A DNA stretch of 37,169 bases from Nemertoderma westbladi (lineage: Eukaryota; Animalia; Xenacoelomorpha): positions 1 to 37,169 of the forward strand of contig JAUCBJ010005147.1 in assembly GCA_032718475.1 (NCBI GenBank), read 5' to 3'. A program made the translations under genes and the position numbers. Below the pieces are notes generated by a model, which was not told the origin of the DNA, ran no database searches, and saw only the letters and a program-made list of their open reading frames with translations. This document shows, piece by piece, positions 1 through 12,100 of this stretch; the first letter of the stretch is position 1, and every line of letters begins with the position of its first letter.

Positions 1-3000
1 TACATACACACCAGGACCGCAGATATTCGCTTTGACATAAAAAAAGGCCATATTATAAATTAACACGCACTTCCTCTAAATCACCTAAAATATTTTATAT
101 TTCCTATTGTCTCCAAACTCCACTAAAATAACGAACCCATCTAAACAATCACAAAATTTATAACAGCTCAAAGCGAATATCAAGTACTTCAGTTATTTTT
201 CATAAAATGTTATTTGATTGTTATTCCGTCCCGAATATATTAAATAAATTGCAACTGTTGGACGAAGATATTCATAAATAATGTAGGTTAAGTAAAAGGA
301 GCATACTGGTATTTTAGAGTAAGGACGTTTTGGCCCAAAGATTCCATTACTTCCTTAAAATAAGTCAGATATATTTTAGTCTATGCTCTACGCATTGTAA
401 TGTAGAAAATTATGCATCATCACCCTTAAATACTGTAGGACTACCGTTTAACCTCAAATCGTTGATACGTAGATTATCGACTTATTTACTTACGGTTATA
501 AAACCGTGCCAGTTTTCAATCTGTTGTTAGTGTTTGAATAAAGCGTTTCCACCCATATTGCAGCAGTTGGAGACGCGCACCAGTTATTCCGCGAGACTGC
601 GATTATGCAGTAGTTCCGTAAATCTGTAAAATGATCTGAGTTTGGATGCGAAATAACTGAGATATGAGTGTTCGAAAGTTGCATGTTGTAGGATCTCTAT
701 CCGAGGCTATTTAATTGCCAAACGTTCGATTTTAATGCTCTGCTGCTACTTCAAACCAAAACCCATAATATTATCATCATCCCAATACAGCCATACAATT
801 ACTCATTGCTATACAGCGCTCTAAGCGCAGTGTTCACACTTCCTTGAGATGGACAAAGAATATTTAATGCCCCAGAAACCTATATAGTTGCCAGTTCAAA
901 CTACTTGCACTTCTCCATATAAACACATTCTGCATTGAGTATCCTCTCCCTCCGGAGTAAGTTGTTATTATCACCGCGCCCATTATGATTCTAAGAACGT
1001 GTTTTTGTTGCAATAGCTCTGGCGCCCTATGAGTATTAGAGTATTGTATACCTACATTTACGTTTAAGTTATGTGCTGTATAGTAAGTAGTTGGTTTCAG
1101 GGCCTATTATGAAACTCGTTAATACTTTGCCTAGAGTTACAGCATAGCCCACTCAATGAATGAATAATTTGTTCGCATGTTTGCGTCGTAGTTGCAAAGC
1201 TCATGTGATTGGCAACACCTACGCCAGGAATCGGGGGCTACTTACATGTTCCAACCAGGACAAACTGACAGAGCACCGTTGCACAAGCACAAAAGAAACT
1301 TGGAAACTTAGCTAGCATAGCATAACACTGGTAAAGAACTCACTCATTCAGAACCCAGAAACCGTTATTAATTGTGTGTGAGCGGCTCTAGTTACAGGTG
1401 TATGCTAAATTAAACTAAGGCGCTGGGAGCCACATATTATAATGAGGCCTAGTCCACTATTGTCCAAACATCTCAATAGCGCCATAGGCAGTAACAGTGG
1501 TAGCCCTACTTCCATTGGCTAGCCCAACGGTACTGTGCCTGCAGTGAATAGAACGTAATTCCCAGTCATATATATTCTAAGTTGGGGGCCCTCTACTCTA
1601 ATTCTCCATGCGTCTGATATAACTCACGTGGTTTGGAACTTTAGTCATCATAGAAGTTAAACCCTGTTGGTATTCTGTTGTTAAAGTTTACAGCATTACA
1701 GCTAAATTATTTGCATTTATTTACAGAGCCTTTCGATTAGTTAGGTATAAATTTACATCACACACCCACTACTACTCTGAATTTAATAACATGAAACCAT
1801 ATGGTAGTAATTTGTTTTAGTGTAGTTGAAGAGATGAGATAGGCTTGGCTGACCTAAAACTAGGACATGTAGTTGTAATAAAGTTGGATGGGTTCTTTTC
1901 TTATCAATTAATAAGCGACAAAATAGCCCAGCTGACCTGCCCAGCTTGAAATAGTAGGATGAAGCCCAGTATTTATTGTAATATTGTACTCAGTTATATG
2001 GTTGGAAGTCCAGTAGTCCAGACAAGCTGTCCTCACAGAGGGGACTGTCTGCCTTGGGGTATGTGCAGTGTACACGTCTGAACATCATTTTATTGGCTAT
2101 CCAACTTTCACAGAAACTCCACACTGTGTTTATATCCAAGTTTTCCCTGTAAACTACTTCAGTTCATTAGGGTACTGCATCAGTTAGAGGTGTGTACACG
2201 TACAGCTGTTTGTTACTGTTTTTGTTTTATTTCTAATAGTTTAGTTCTGTAGTTACATAGTTATAGAGGGAGTGGGATTGGTTTTCCAGTTCTTCATTCA
2301 TATTTACTGATTTATGTAGCATATACCACGACCAGGAGTTCAGGAGCCTACATTACACTACATTAAACTAGGTGGTCGCTTTAATTTCATTACAGCATTA
2401 AGTACTTTACTTTCTTTACGTTTTACTGGGCTTTTCACTCACCCCCATCATGTGAAGAATACCAGGCAGACTTTTCGGTCGAAATTTTAATGAAATTATT
2501 TATTATATTATTATAATATTTATTTATATAAATTATTGTTAAAGTCAGATTCTATGCGCCATGGCAGGATGGTAGTGGAAGTTGGTAGAGCACTTTTGTT
2601 CAAACATTATTCAGTTTTATGATCAGGAAGGGAAGAGGAAGGAAGCATAGTAAATAACGGTACCCTGTGAAGGGATGGGGAGGGGGGGGGGGGGGGAGGT
2701 CTAAAAACTGTTTTGCTACCGGTACTTTAAATGATAAATAATATATTATTCAAAGCTGCAATGTGGTCGGTCTTATGAATATATTATATTCATTCACCTC
2801 CAACAAAAAGCCTTGTTTTGTTACACTGCTGAACGATATATTTAGGCCTAGTTAAATTAATTTAATGTTTTTGTTAGATACCGCTACCGGTAGTTAGCTT
2901 TTTCTATAGCAAGATACAGCTGGTATCTGTAGGGTGTAGCTGTATTTTTGATCGCACCAAATTATAAAACAGATTATTTGAAAAATAGTTCATTATCCGC

Positions 3001-3748
3001 AACAAATATTGTAACAATAATATATATATATATTCGCCCAAGTCAGCAAGTGAAGAACAGCCCTACCACAGCACCAGGTTTTCACTTTTCGCTCGAAATT
3101 TTATATATTAAGAATTTGTATTTTTTATCTTATCTCAGTATTTATTCCTGTATTCTAAAATAATCTTCTTATAGCCCAGCGCTTATTGCTATCTAATGAC
3201 CTGTACAAATTCTACTTCGTTTATTTTTGTGGTTAAATTCAGCCCTTCCATAAACCGTTTTTCCGTTAATCCGTTTTTCCGTTAATCCGTTTTTATTGAA
3301 CACCTGGTATACTTCACATGGGGGTAACTGCAAAGTAAAATATAAAGCAGAAAGTCTGGTATACTTCACATGGGCCGATATTTGCAGTAAATATTGTTGT
3401 ACATTATATTAAGGTAGTTGGTAGTTGATAGACGTATATCAGTAACTATACTTAATGTAACTTAAGACGTATAGCAAGTCGTAAGTCGTATATAAGTCGT
3501 ATACTTAAGTCGTAATATACGGTACACGCGACTTGATATTCATTTACAGTACAGCTGATTGTTAATTATTTTTTATTTAAAGTACCGACCGACAGGCCTA
3601 TACTATAATACTGTAATATTAATAATTGATTATTTAAATTTAATGTTGTAGCCCTATTAGCCACAAGCATTCAAGGATTACGTTTACTGTGAATCTACTT
3701 AATAATTAATTATTAACATAACGTGCAGTGGGCACGGTGGAACTAGCA

Positions 3749-5122
3749 ATGGATGCTAGAATGTACAGCGACGTTGGCCTTATGGACGCGACACAATACG
3801 GCACCACAGCCCCGCCTTCCATGGCTGGCCTCACTCAACAACAACAACAAGACTTATTGATATACGACACTCTAATGGCTAGGCAACAACAAATTGATGC
3901 CAATCAGGCCATGTACATGCACTACTACCAACAGGCGACGGGCTTCTACCCACCACCACCAGCGTCTGGTCTGCCACCAAATTCAGCAGGGTCACTACCG
4001 CAACAACAACAGCACCCGGCCGGGTCCCTTCAGCACCCTGCTGGGTCTGTACAGCACCCTACCGGCTCCCTACAGTACCCACCAGGTTCCCTTCCCCCGC
4101 TTCCACCAGGGTCACTCTCATCACTCCCACCAGGCTCCCTCCCCCCTCTCCCAGCGGGCTCCCTTACCTCTCTCCCACCCCACCACCCTTCCGCCCCTCT
4201 CTACGACACAAACTCACCCGTCTTTCTACCCCCCACTTCCATTCCCACCGGCCCCGAGGGCTCTATATACGGGACCCCCGCGTTGCCAAACAACCGTGTG
4301 ACCTCACAGCAATCACCCCCCGTCGGCTACTCCGTGATACCCTCCCAGTACTGCGACGTTCCCATGACAACCGATCCCCCGGCCACCGCAGACGGACTCC
4401 ACCTACTGGCCCAGACAGCGGCCTCCCAGAGCCGATCCGTTGTTACCATGGAGACAACAAGCACCCTGCTGCCTAGCAACCACCGACACACTCCCGAGAC
4501 GGCGGCGCCATCGCCCCCTAGCGGTACGAGTCTGAACAACCTGATTGTATCCGCAATACTGGCCACCCCGACCCGACAGATAACGCTGCCCGACCTGTAC
4601 CGCTGGATCGAGCGACAGCGCCCCGAGCTGCGATCCGGCCCGGACCGCAGCTGGAGGAACACAGTGAGGAGCAAGTTGTCCATGAACGAGTACTTCATAA
4701 AGGTGCGCAGACACCCCGGGGTCAAGGGTAACAGCTGGTCCATCCATCCCGCCTGTATAGACGACCTGGAGAGATTGAGTCCACGGTCTGCCAAGCTCAG
4801 GGTTCAGCAGTACGCCGCTAGGGGGTCTCCGAAAGGAGAGGCGATCGGGAAGATCGTGAAACCGAAAGATCGTAAGATCATGCGGCCGGAACAGACAGAC
4901 CACAAGATGATCAGATCGGAACCCGAAGACCTAAAGGTGGTGCGACCCGAGGATCATACGATGACGCGACTAGATCTAGAAGATCAGCAGACCATGGATG
5001 CCGGGGGTCCTGGACTCCCGCCCTCAGTTATAATGACCCCAGACTCGCTAACCAATGAAGCCTCAGGCACGGCGGACGCCAAGACCGGGAGTTCCCCTAT
5101 GCCATGGCGACCGTGGCTCTGA
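3749..5122 (+). CDS. foxQ2: Divergent forkhead-box transcription factor, FoxQ2-like, intronless, ending in WRPWL
   Basis: First ATG at 3749 in ORF 3728..5122. Forkhead domain ~4510-4800 (LIVSAILATPTRQITLPDLYRWI...SWRNTVRSKLSMNEYFIK...KGNSWSIHPACIDDL) resembles FoxQ2 (SWRNSIRHNLSLNECFIK...KGNYWAIHPA..DF). Q/P-rich N-terminus; GC-rich relative to flanks. Subfamily call less certain than the Fox call. Confidence 0.8.
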   Translation: MDARMYSDVGLMDATQYGTTAPPSMAGLTQQQQQDLLIYDTLMARQQQIDANQAMYMHYYQQATGFYPPPPASGLPPNSAGSLPQQQQHPAGSLQHPAGSVQHPTGSLQYPPGSLPPLPPGSLSSLPPGSLPPLPAGSLTSLPPHHPSAPLYDTNSPVFLPPTSIPTGPEGSIYGTPALPNNRVTSQQSPPVGYSVIPSQYCDVPMTTDPPATADGLHLLAQTAASQSRSVVTMETTSTLLPSNHRHTPETAAPSPPSGTSLNNLIVSAILATPTRQITLPDLYRWIERQRPELRSGPDRSWRNTVRSKLSMNEYFIKVRRHPGVKGNSWSIHPACIDDLERLSPRSAKLRVQQYAARGSPKGEAIGKIVKPKDRKIMRPEQTDHKMIRSEPEDLKVVRPEDHTMTRLDLEDQQTMDAGGPGLPPSVIMTPDSLTNEASGTADAKTGSSPMPWRPWL

Positions 5123-6766
5123 CTGTTATACTATCCGCTTATAAAACTGCTGCATTCCACAATGACTCAATCAACTTCGTCACACGATCATTTAATCGGG
5201 GTCGCCACGGCCACACAAGTAGTCGCTATTCTCTAATATATAACTTAATCCCACTAAGTAATTAATGAATAGTAGTGAACCTAAATATAGGTGGCGAAAT
5301 ATTAAGTAATGGCATGAAATGAAACTCAGGCGTACGAGCTAGTAACATACACTTTACCTTGTTGGTATGTTAATGTAAACTTTCCAAGTCAAAGATAGTT
5401 GTAGCAGATTTTATTTTTTGGCTTTACTAATAATGCATGCAATAGTATCATATATCACTAAAGAGGCCTTTTTGTTTTTATATCAATCAATATATATTAG
5501 GTATACCACCGGCCCCGAGGGCTCTATATACGGGACCCCCGCGTTGCCAAACAACCGTGTGACCTCACAGCAATCACCCCCCGTCGGCTACTCCGTGATA
5601 CCCTCCCAGTACTGCGACGTTCCCATGACAACCGATCCCCCGGCCACCGCAGACGGACTCCACCTACTGGCCCAGACAGCGGCCTCCCAGAGCCGATCCG
5701 TTGTTACCATGGAGACAACAAGCACCCTGCTGCCTAGCAACCACCGACACACTCCCGAGACGGCGGCGCCATCGCCCCCTAGCGGTACGAGTCTGAACAA
5801 CCTGATTGTATCCGCAATACTGGCCACCCCGACCCGACAGATAACGCTGCCCGACCTGTACCGCTGGATCGAGCGACAGCGCCCCGAGCTGCGATCCGGC
5901 CCGGACCGCAGCTGGAGGAACACAGTGAGGAGCAAGTTGTCCATGAACGAGTACTTCATAAAGGTGCGCAGACACCCCGGGGTCAAGGGTAACAGCTGGT
6001 CCATCCATCCCGCCTGTATAGACGACCTGGAGAGATTGAGTCCACGGTCTGCCAAGCTCAGGGTTCAGCAGTACGCCGCTAGGGGGTCTCCGAAAGGAGA
6101 GGCGATCGGGAAGATCGTGAAACCGAAAGATCGTAAGATCATGCGGCCGGAACAGACAGACCACAAGATGATCAGATCGGAACCCGAAGACCTAAAGGTG
6201 GTGCGACCCGAGGATCATACGATGACGCGACTAGATCTAGAAGATCAGCAGACCATGGATGCCGGGGGTCCTGGACTCCCGCCCTCAGTTATAATGACCC
6301 CAGACTCGCTAACCAATGAAGCCTCAGGCACGGCGGACGCCAAGACCGGGAGTTCCCCTATGCCATGGCGACCGTGGCTCTGACTGTTATACTATCCGCT
6401 TATAAAACTGCTGCATTCCACAATGACTCAATCAACTTCGTCACACGATCATTTAATCGGGGTCGCCACGGCCACACAAGTAGTCGCTATTCTCTAATAT
6501 ATAACTTAATCCCACTAAGTAATTAATGAATAGTAGTGAACCTAAATATAGGTGGCGAAATATTAAGTAATGGCATGAAATGAAACTCAGGCGTACGAGC
6601 TAGTAACATACACTTTACCTTGTTGGTATGTTAATGTAAACTTTCCAAGTCAAAGATAGTTGTAGCAGATTTTATTTTTTGGCTTTACTAATAATGCATG
6701 CAATAGTATCATATATCACTAAAGAGGCCTTTTTGTTTTTATATCAATCAATATATATTAGGTATA
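4245..6766 (+). repeat. Head-to-tail tandem duplication, 2 x 1,261 bp (4245..5505 and 5506..6766)
   Basis: Both copies start CCACCGGCCCCGAGGG and end TATATTAGGTATA; stops at 5122 and 6383 differ by 1261; no mismatches seen by eye. Confidence 0.95.
5433..6383 (+). pseudogene. 5'-truncated duplicate of the FoxQ2-like gene (complete forkhead domain and WRPW tail), open from a chance ATG in the 3' flank of copy 1
   Basis: Protein identical to the first copy from TGPEGSIYG onward; N-terminal MHAIVSY... derives from AT-rich non-coding DNA (ATG at 5433; the 5418 start is TTG). Confidence 0.6.
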
Positions 6767-7859
6767 ATTTGAATTTGTATTGTTTTTTTTGTTGAATGCC
6801 TTGCTATATTTACTCTTACCTTTATTTGTCCGGAATAATACATTTCTATTCAATATAGTATGATATCAATTGTTTACACAAAACGTCACACTTTAAAAAT
6901 GGATTGGGGGGGGGGGTTAAATAAAGTTAATTTATTCCATGTTTATCGAGAGACTGTCTGTCTATTTCATTTGTAAATACAAGTTAGGAGCTTACGTCAT
7001 TTTATAGAACAAGGTAATATGTATTATTATATGGCTTTACCCAAGTGAAGGGCCAAATATCCAGTAATTGTTCAATAGGGGGTAGGGATGGTCATCACCA
7101 TGTGAGACACCTGTGACATGAGAGGGGTAAACGTCAAGTGAAGTCACTGTATGGATATGGACATGGCTTTTATCGCGTGGCTGACCCAATGGACTGTAGT
7201 ATACAAGTCGGAGTTTCACTTATGGGGCATATTCCATAATACCATACCGGTATCTTTGCGGTATAATACATTCAATTCAGTTTAGATAAATGCAGTTGTA
7301 TACCTCTACTTTATATTTTGTGACGTGATGTTGCGGGGGGGGGGGGGGGGGGGTCTAACATTCGTGTCAAACTGTGACAGAGTGAGGGGGTGGTCAAATT
7401 TGGCCGAAAACACCAAGATGTCTTATGAATTAATAGCCGCTTCTCAAATTTTGAGAAAACTTAGAGAAACAATAATAAAAGCCAAAACAAATACTGTTAA
7501 TGATCCTGAAATCTAGCTATCAACATTAATTACAAAACCAATCCAAATTAAGTGTTACCGAAATAATTATATCATAATTAAATATTTCCCCAAAATACAA
7601 TGCTTATACTATAAAAAGTCAACACTATAAAAACCAATACATAAACTAGGGTATATTAACACTCTAAATGCGAGGCTTCGGATCAATTTTTCTATGCAAT
7701 ATTGCGGGAAACATCAGATTTATACTGCAAGTTTTCTTCGCACCTCAATAAAGAAAGTTTTCATATGAGATAGCAAATTGCTACTCACTTTCTTTCACAA
7801 TAGAAGGGAACTTGAATATAACTCAATTATAAACACATTTTTTTAAAATAATAATAATT

Positions 7860-8268
7860 GAAGGGCTGAGCATAAAAAAAGTCATATGTGACATTTTCTT
7901 AGAATCAGAGTTATATTCACACAGAGGTCCTATGAGGCCTAACTTAACTTACCAATAAGGTTCTGAGATCATATGATCAACACTGCCTGATATCCTGGAG
8001 TAAAATAGTCAATCCTATGTACAGTAAAAATCGCATAGACATAAAAAAAGGTCTTATGTACAATACTACCTGATATATGCAAAACAATTTTGAAGTTTTT
8101 GAAAATATTTTTTTTGCAAGTAAAGATTTTGAAGTACATGTATTTGCATGCAAAAATACAGAATGCCAACATCAACTGTAATAATGTGTAGGTAAAAAAA
8201 AACGCCAAAGTGTGATTATCTCAGAATGACACTTTTGTCACATAGGACCTTTTTATGCTCAGCCCTTC
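7860..8268. mobile_element. Non-autonomous TIR element (MITE), Sola1-like
   Basis: TIRs GAAGGGCTGAGCATAAAAA...ATGTGACA / TGTCACATAGGACCTTTTTATGCTCAGCCCTTC, flanked on both sides by AATT (4-bp AWWT target is typical of Sola1). Confidence 0.7.
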
Positions 8269-8496
8269 AATTTATCGCTCCAAAATAATTTTTTGTAATA
8301 AAAAATATTTAATTTTGTAAAATAAAATCAGAGTTATCAAAAAAAAATTTGAACACAAAAAACAATGATGATTCAATACCGAATGAAAATGAAACAAAAA
8401 AATAGTTCTACCCTTGTGGCAAATCAGGTATCGAATCAAAATATCGACACATAATAGGGTTCTTCTACTTGAAGGTGTAAAGTAAAAAAAGAGTAC

Positions 8497-8688
8497 ATTT
8501 TATCCGGCCGTTAGACCGGGGATTACGCACAATACTGTATTTACAGTGCGGTATCATTTAACTACTATTTAAGGATGCAAGGCAGAGATGTGTACTGGCT
8601 GGTCCTTTTAAAGCATTAGTGCCCAAACGAAAACTGCCCTGGCCCATGTGAGGATCGAACCCACGACCTCCGGTCGGGACCAAGGTGA
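8497..8688 (-). mobile_element. tRNA-derived SINE family A, copy 1 (A box partly deleted)
   Basis: Reverse complement has GGAGGTCGTGGGTTCGATCC (B box), GGCAGTTTTCG and TGCCTTGCATCCTTAAAT, all shared with the copy at 10946. Confidence 0.75.
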
Positions 8689-10403
8689 AGTAAAGTTCAT
8701 CTTTGAAAACATATTGGAGCTGATCGTGCACGTTTCCTGCTAACGAAAGATTGTGGAAGTAAGCGAGCTTAACATACAGACAACGCCGACCGTTGAATTA
8801 ATGTTTATCTGTTAGTCTATCTTATTCCAATATGTGGTGGGGAAAGACCAAACAGTGACATGTGTAAGGAATTATGTATTAAGGTGTGCCATTGAGGACC
8901 AGCCATTGCAAGATCTTGTGCTTTACACCAAAGATATGTCTCTCTGCATGTGATAGACCTCATGCAGAGAATAAAGATATAACAATAATAAGTATATAAT
9001 GAAAATTGAGAATTTAATACTTAATTATATATATTATTATTCGATAACATTATCAAACTCAGTTAAAAATAAACTGCACCAGAAAATAAGTAATTATAAT
9101 AGGGCCTAGTATTAAACCATAATAATTATAAGTATGAATTATTTACAATTTAATTAATCTGCTGTACATGTTTGTGGCGAGTTATCTGAATCGGGGCTGT
9201 CTAAAAATAGAAACGAAACTCAGTGAAATAGGTTTAAAATGTCGGACATGAAGAAGAATACAGTGCAAAATTAAATGAAAAACAAATTAAATAAGTTCGA
9301 AGTATATCTAAAAAAAATTATAAAAGAAATAATAATAAGTTCGAAGTAAACTCAAAAAAATTATAAAAGAAATAATAAAGAATTACAATTACAAAAATTA
9401 CATAACATAGGCCTAAATAATAAATAATAGGGATGTCCCAGAATCGATATTTTGATTCCGGGCGGAACCGGAACCGGAATTCAACATGCCGGAATATTTC
9501 GGCCGGAACCGGAATTTTCTATAATTAGTGAAATACACTAAATGACCCATGAAACTTTATAATTTTTTGTGAAACAAATGAATTTTTTTATTTTCTACAG
9601 CTAAGTTTGATAATGAGATGAATCAGAACCTTGGGGGGAATTAAGGTGGGTGGAGTGGAGAATGGCCTGGGCCGTTATGGCCGTTTATGGGGACGGGATG
9701 GTACTTCGGCATTGAAAGACAGGGAATTCAATATAATTTTATTTCTAAAATCTAAACTTTGGCCAAAAGTTAGGTTTTTAGCATTTAGAATCATACCTAA
9801 TTAGTCATTCGGCGTCATTGGGTCCTTTGGTGCAATATCCTGGTGTCTTTAAGGGAAAGGAACATGTTACCGTGACATGTTATTCGAACCAAAACAATAA
9901 ACGAGGCCACTAGTACATGTTACAGTTTAATTATTGCTGGAAATAAATATATTTATATATGGTAAGAAATAGCTTTACTGTAAATATAATTAAAACTAGT
10001 ATATATAGCATCACCTACGACACAGGACTGAACTAACGACCACTCGCAGGACCTGTACGTATTGTAATAACGTTTATATTAGTTTTAGGTTAGAGTAGTA
10101 ATTGTAATTGTGTAATATTGTATTTGTAACCAAGTAACATAAATGACCCCCATGGAAATAAGCTACAAATCTTTAGGGGTCATCATATATGTTACGTTGG
10201 ACGAGATAATACCAATAATACCAATCATACCAATAATATTATCATATTATTTAATAATTCAAAATTCAGGGTAAAATAATATAAAATCAATGTAAAATAA
10301 TTTAAATCCCCTGTAATATAATGTAAAAAAATTAATGTAAATTAGTGTAAGATCAATCTAAAAAACGTCATTTTCGAAGCAAATTGGAAAAACCACTATT
10401 TAA

Positions 10404-10723
10404 GGCCCATGCTCCACTGGTAAGTCTTATAAAGTCTTAGTCAGAATAAATTATGGAACACATTGGTTTCAATGGGAGCGTCTCCACTGGTAAATCGTAA
10501 GTTACGACCTATGAGTCGAAAGTGATTATGTCCGATGTTCCATCTTTTGACACATGAATCATGTGTTATATCCGGCAAGAGGCCTGTGATTGGTTACTTT
10601 GGCTATAAATATGCAGTAAATGTGAGATGCATCTTATATTTTTTATCAAATGACTTAAGACTTGTGTTACCAATTGAGCAAGGAGGCATTCATTTTGACA
10701 TTCTGACCAGTGGCGCACGGGCC
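10404..10723. mobile_element. PIF/Harbinger (Tourist-like) MITE nested in the hAT element
   Basis: TIR GGCCCATGCTCCACTGG vs rc GGCCCGTGCGCCACTGG (15/17); TAA 3-bp TSD on both sides. Confidence 0.75.
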
Positions 10724-10945
10724 TAATGATGCATTTCATTAGTTAATGGAAATTAAGAGGGTTATTGTGATTTGTATATGCATACTACAATAGGTGGTGT
10801 AACAGATGGTGGGACCATTTTAGTTTGATTACCAGGTTAATTGTTTTTGGAAATGTGTTACATATACCCATCAAGACTGAATTCACTTTAATAAACTAAA
10901 CAGGGTGGCTGTGAATTGTCCCTCGTTAGATAGGTTAGTTAGATT

Positions 10946-11117
10946 CCACCTTGGTGTAGTGGCTGCATTGATTTCCAATCTATCTGGAGGTCGTGGGTTC
11001 GATCCCTGCATGTTGGCCACGGCAGTTTTCGATTCGGCACGAATGGTTTGAAGGGGCTAACCAGGGGGCATCTATGCCTTGCATCCTTAAATGTTAGCTC
11101 TAACGGTCGAAAAAAAC
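10946..11117 (+). mobile_element. tRNA-derived SINE family A, copy 2
   Basis: A box TGGTGTAGTGG (~10952), B box GGTTCGATCCC (~10996), followed by non-tRNA body homologous to 8497..8688. Confidence 0.78.
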
Positions 11118-11526
11118 TGGTTGAAAGGTATGTTAAACTAATTGGTAATAATATTTAAAAAATATATAAATGTTGATAATAATTTAACAAACTAATTGCA
11201 ACTATCAAACTAGTTAGGAACCTGATAATCCCGGTAAAATTCCGGCCGGAATTGACCCCATTACGGCAATTCCGGCCGGAACCGGAATCGGGCAAAAACC
11301 GCCGGAATTCCGGCCGGAACGGAATTCCCGGACATCCCTAATAAATAATAAAGTCATACACAGCCCATGACTTTCTCATCGACATGGCACGTAGTGGGGC
11401 CTTTGCGCAGCACGTGACAAAGTATCTTATGTTAATTATCACCATTATTATGTAATTTCTATAAATCTAAGCAGATGTCCCCTAATTACTTTACCACCTA
11501 GAGGCATACTTAGTAACTGCAGTCGT

Positions 11527-11889
11527 TAAGACCTCACAAAAACGCAGTCGGAGGTCTAGAATATAATGTGCCAGGTATCAACCAGAAAGATAGGATTATA
11601 ACAATAATACGAAAGGGCTGAAGGTTTTCATTTCAGATATTTCTCAAATGTTTTCATTTCAGCCCACTAGAGGTAGACTGGTGGAGAACTGCCAAGGGAT
11701 AACTATCCCAACAAAGACGCAGCCTGTTGATGGTCTACGGTCAAGTATGTATATCTGCCAAGTTTCAGCTTAAACGGGTTAAAATCAAGGAAATGGTGGA
11801 AGGTTTTCACTTTCGGGTATTTCGCCCTCTAGCGACAGACTGGAGAACTGCGGACCCATCATTATCTTCACAAAGGCGCAACACGTGGT
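11527..11889 (+). mobile_element. Interspersed repeat with terminal hairpin and ~150-bp internal units (HINE/Helentron-associated-like), copy 1
   Basis: Clear homology to the reverse complement of ~18145..18682; terminal stem AGACCTC...GAGGTCT; CCAAGTTTCA-type unit motif. Family assignment is inferred. Confidence 0.6.
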
Positions 11890-11935
11890 ATAGTACATAC
11901 AGTATGTACATGTAGGCCTACTATACCATATTTAC

Positions 11936-12100
11936 CAGGTCAGGTCAGGCCAGGCCAGGCCAGGCCAGGCCAGGCCAGGCCAGGCCAGGCCAGGCCAGGC
12001 CAGGCCAGGCCAGGCCAGGCCAGGCCAGGCCAGGCCAGGCCAGGCCAGGCCAGGCCAGGCCAGGCCAGGTCAGGTCAGGTCAGGCCAGGTCAGGTCAGGT
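11936..12100 (+). repeat. Pentanucleotide microsatellite (CAGGC/CAGGT) x33
   Basis: 165 bp of CAGGC, with CAGGT variants at both edges. Confidence 0.97.

Larger units (their letters stand above)
9428..11340. mobile_element. Non-autonomous hAT element (1,913 bp) with nested insertions
   Basis: 11-bp perfect TIR TAGGGATGTCC / GGACATCCCTA; 8-bp TSD ATAAATAA (9420..9427, 11341..11348); subterminal CCGGAA/CCGGAATT arrays at both ends; no transposase ORF. Confidence 0.88.

Noticed and set aside
830-2300. Possible decayed LINE endonuclease (ESW-like motif near 2100-2150, minus strand)
   Set aside because: Too degenerate to support without a profile search.
4327-6164. Antisense ORFs of 155 and 166 aa (each twice)
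   Set aside because: Shadows of the GC-rich Fox coding sequence with no recognisable motifs.
10946-11020. tRNA genes here and at 8640, 20590 and 24600
   Set aside because: A/B boxes present but no convincing cloverleaf, and each continues into a shared non-tRNA body; treated as SINE heads.
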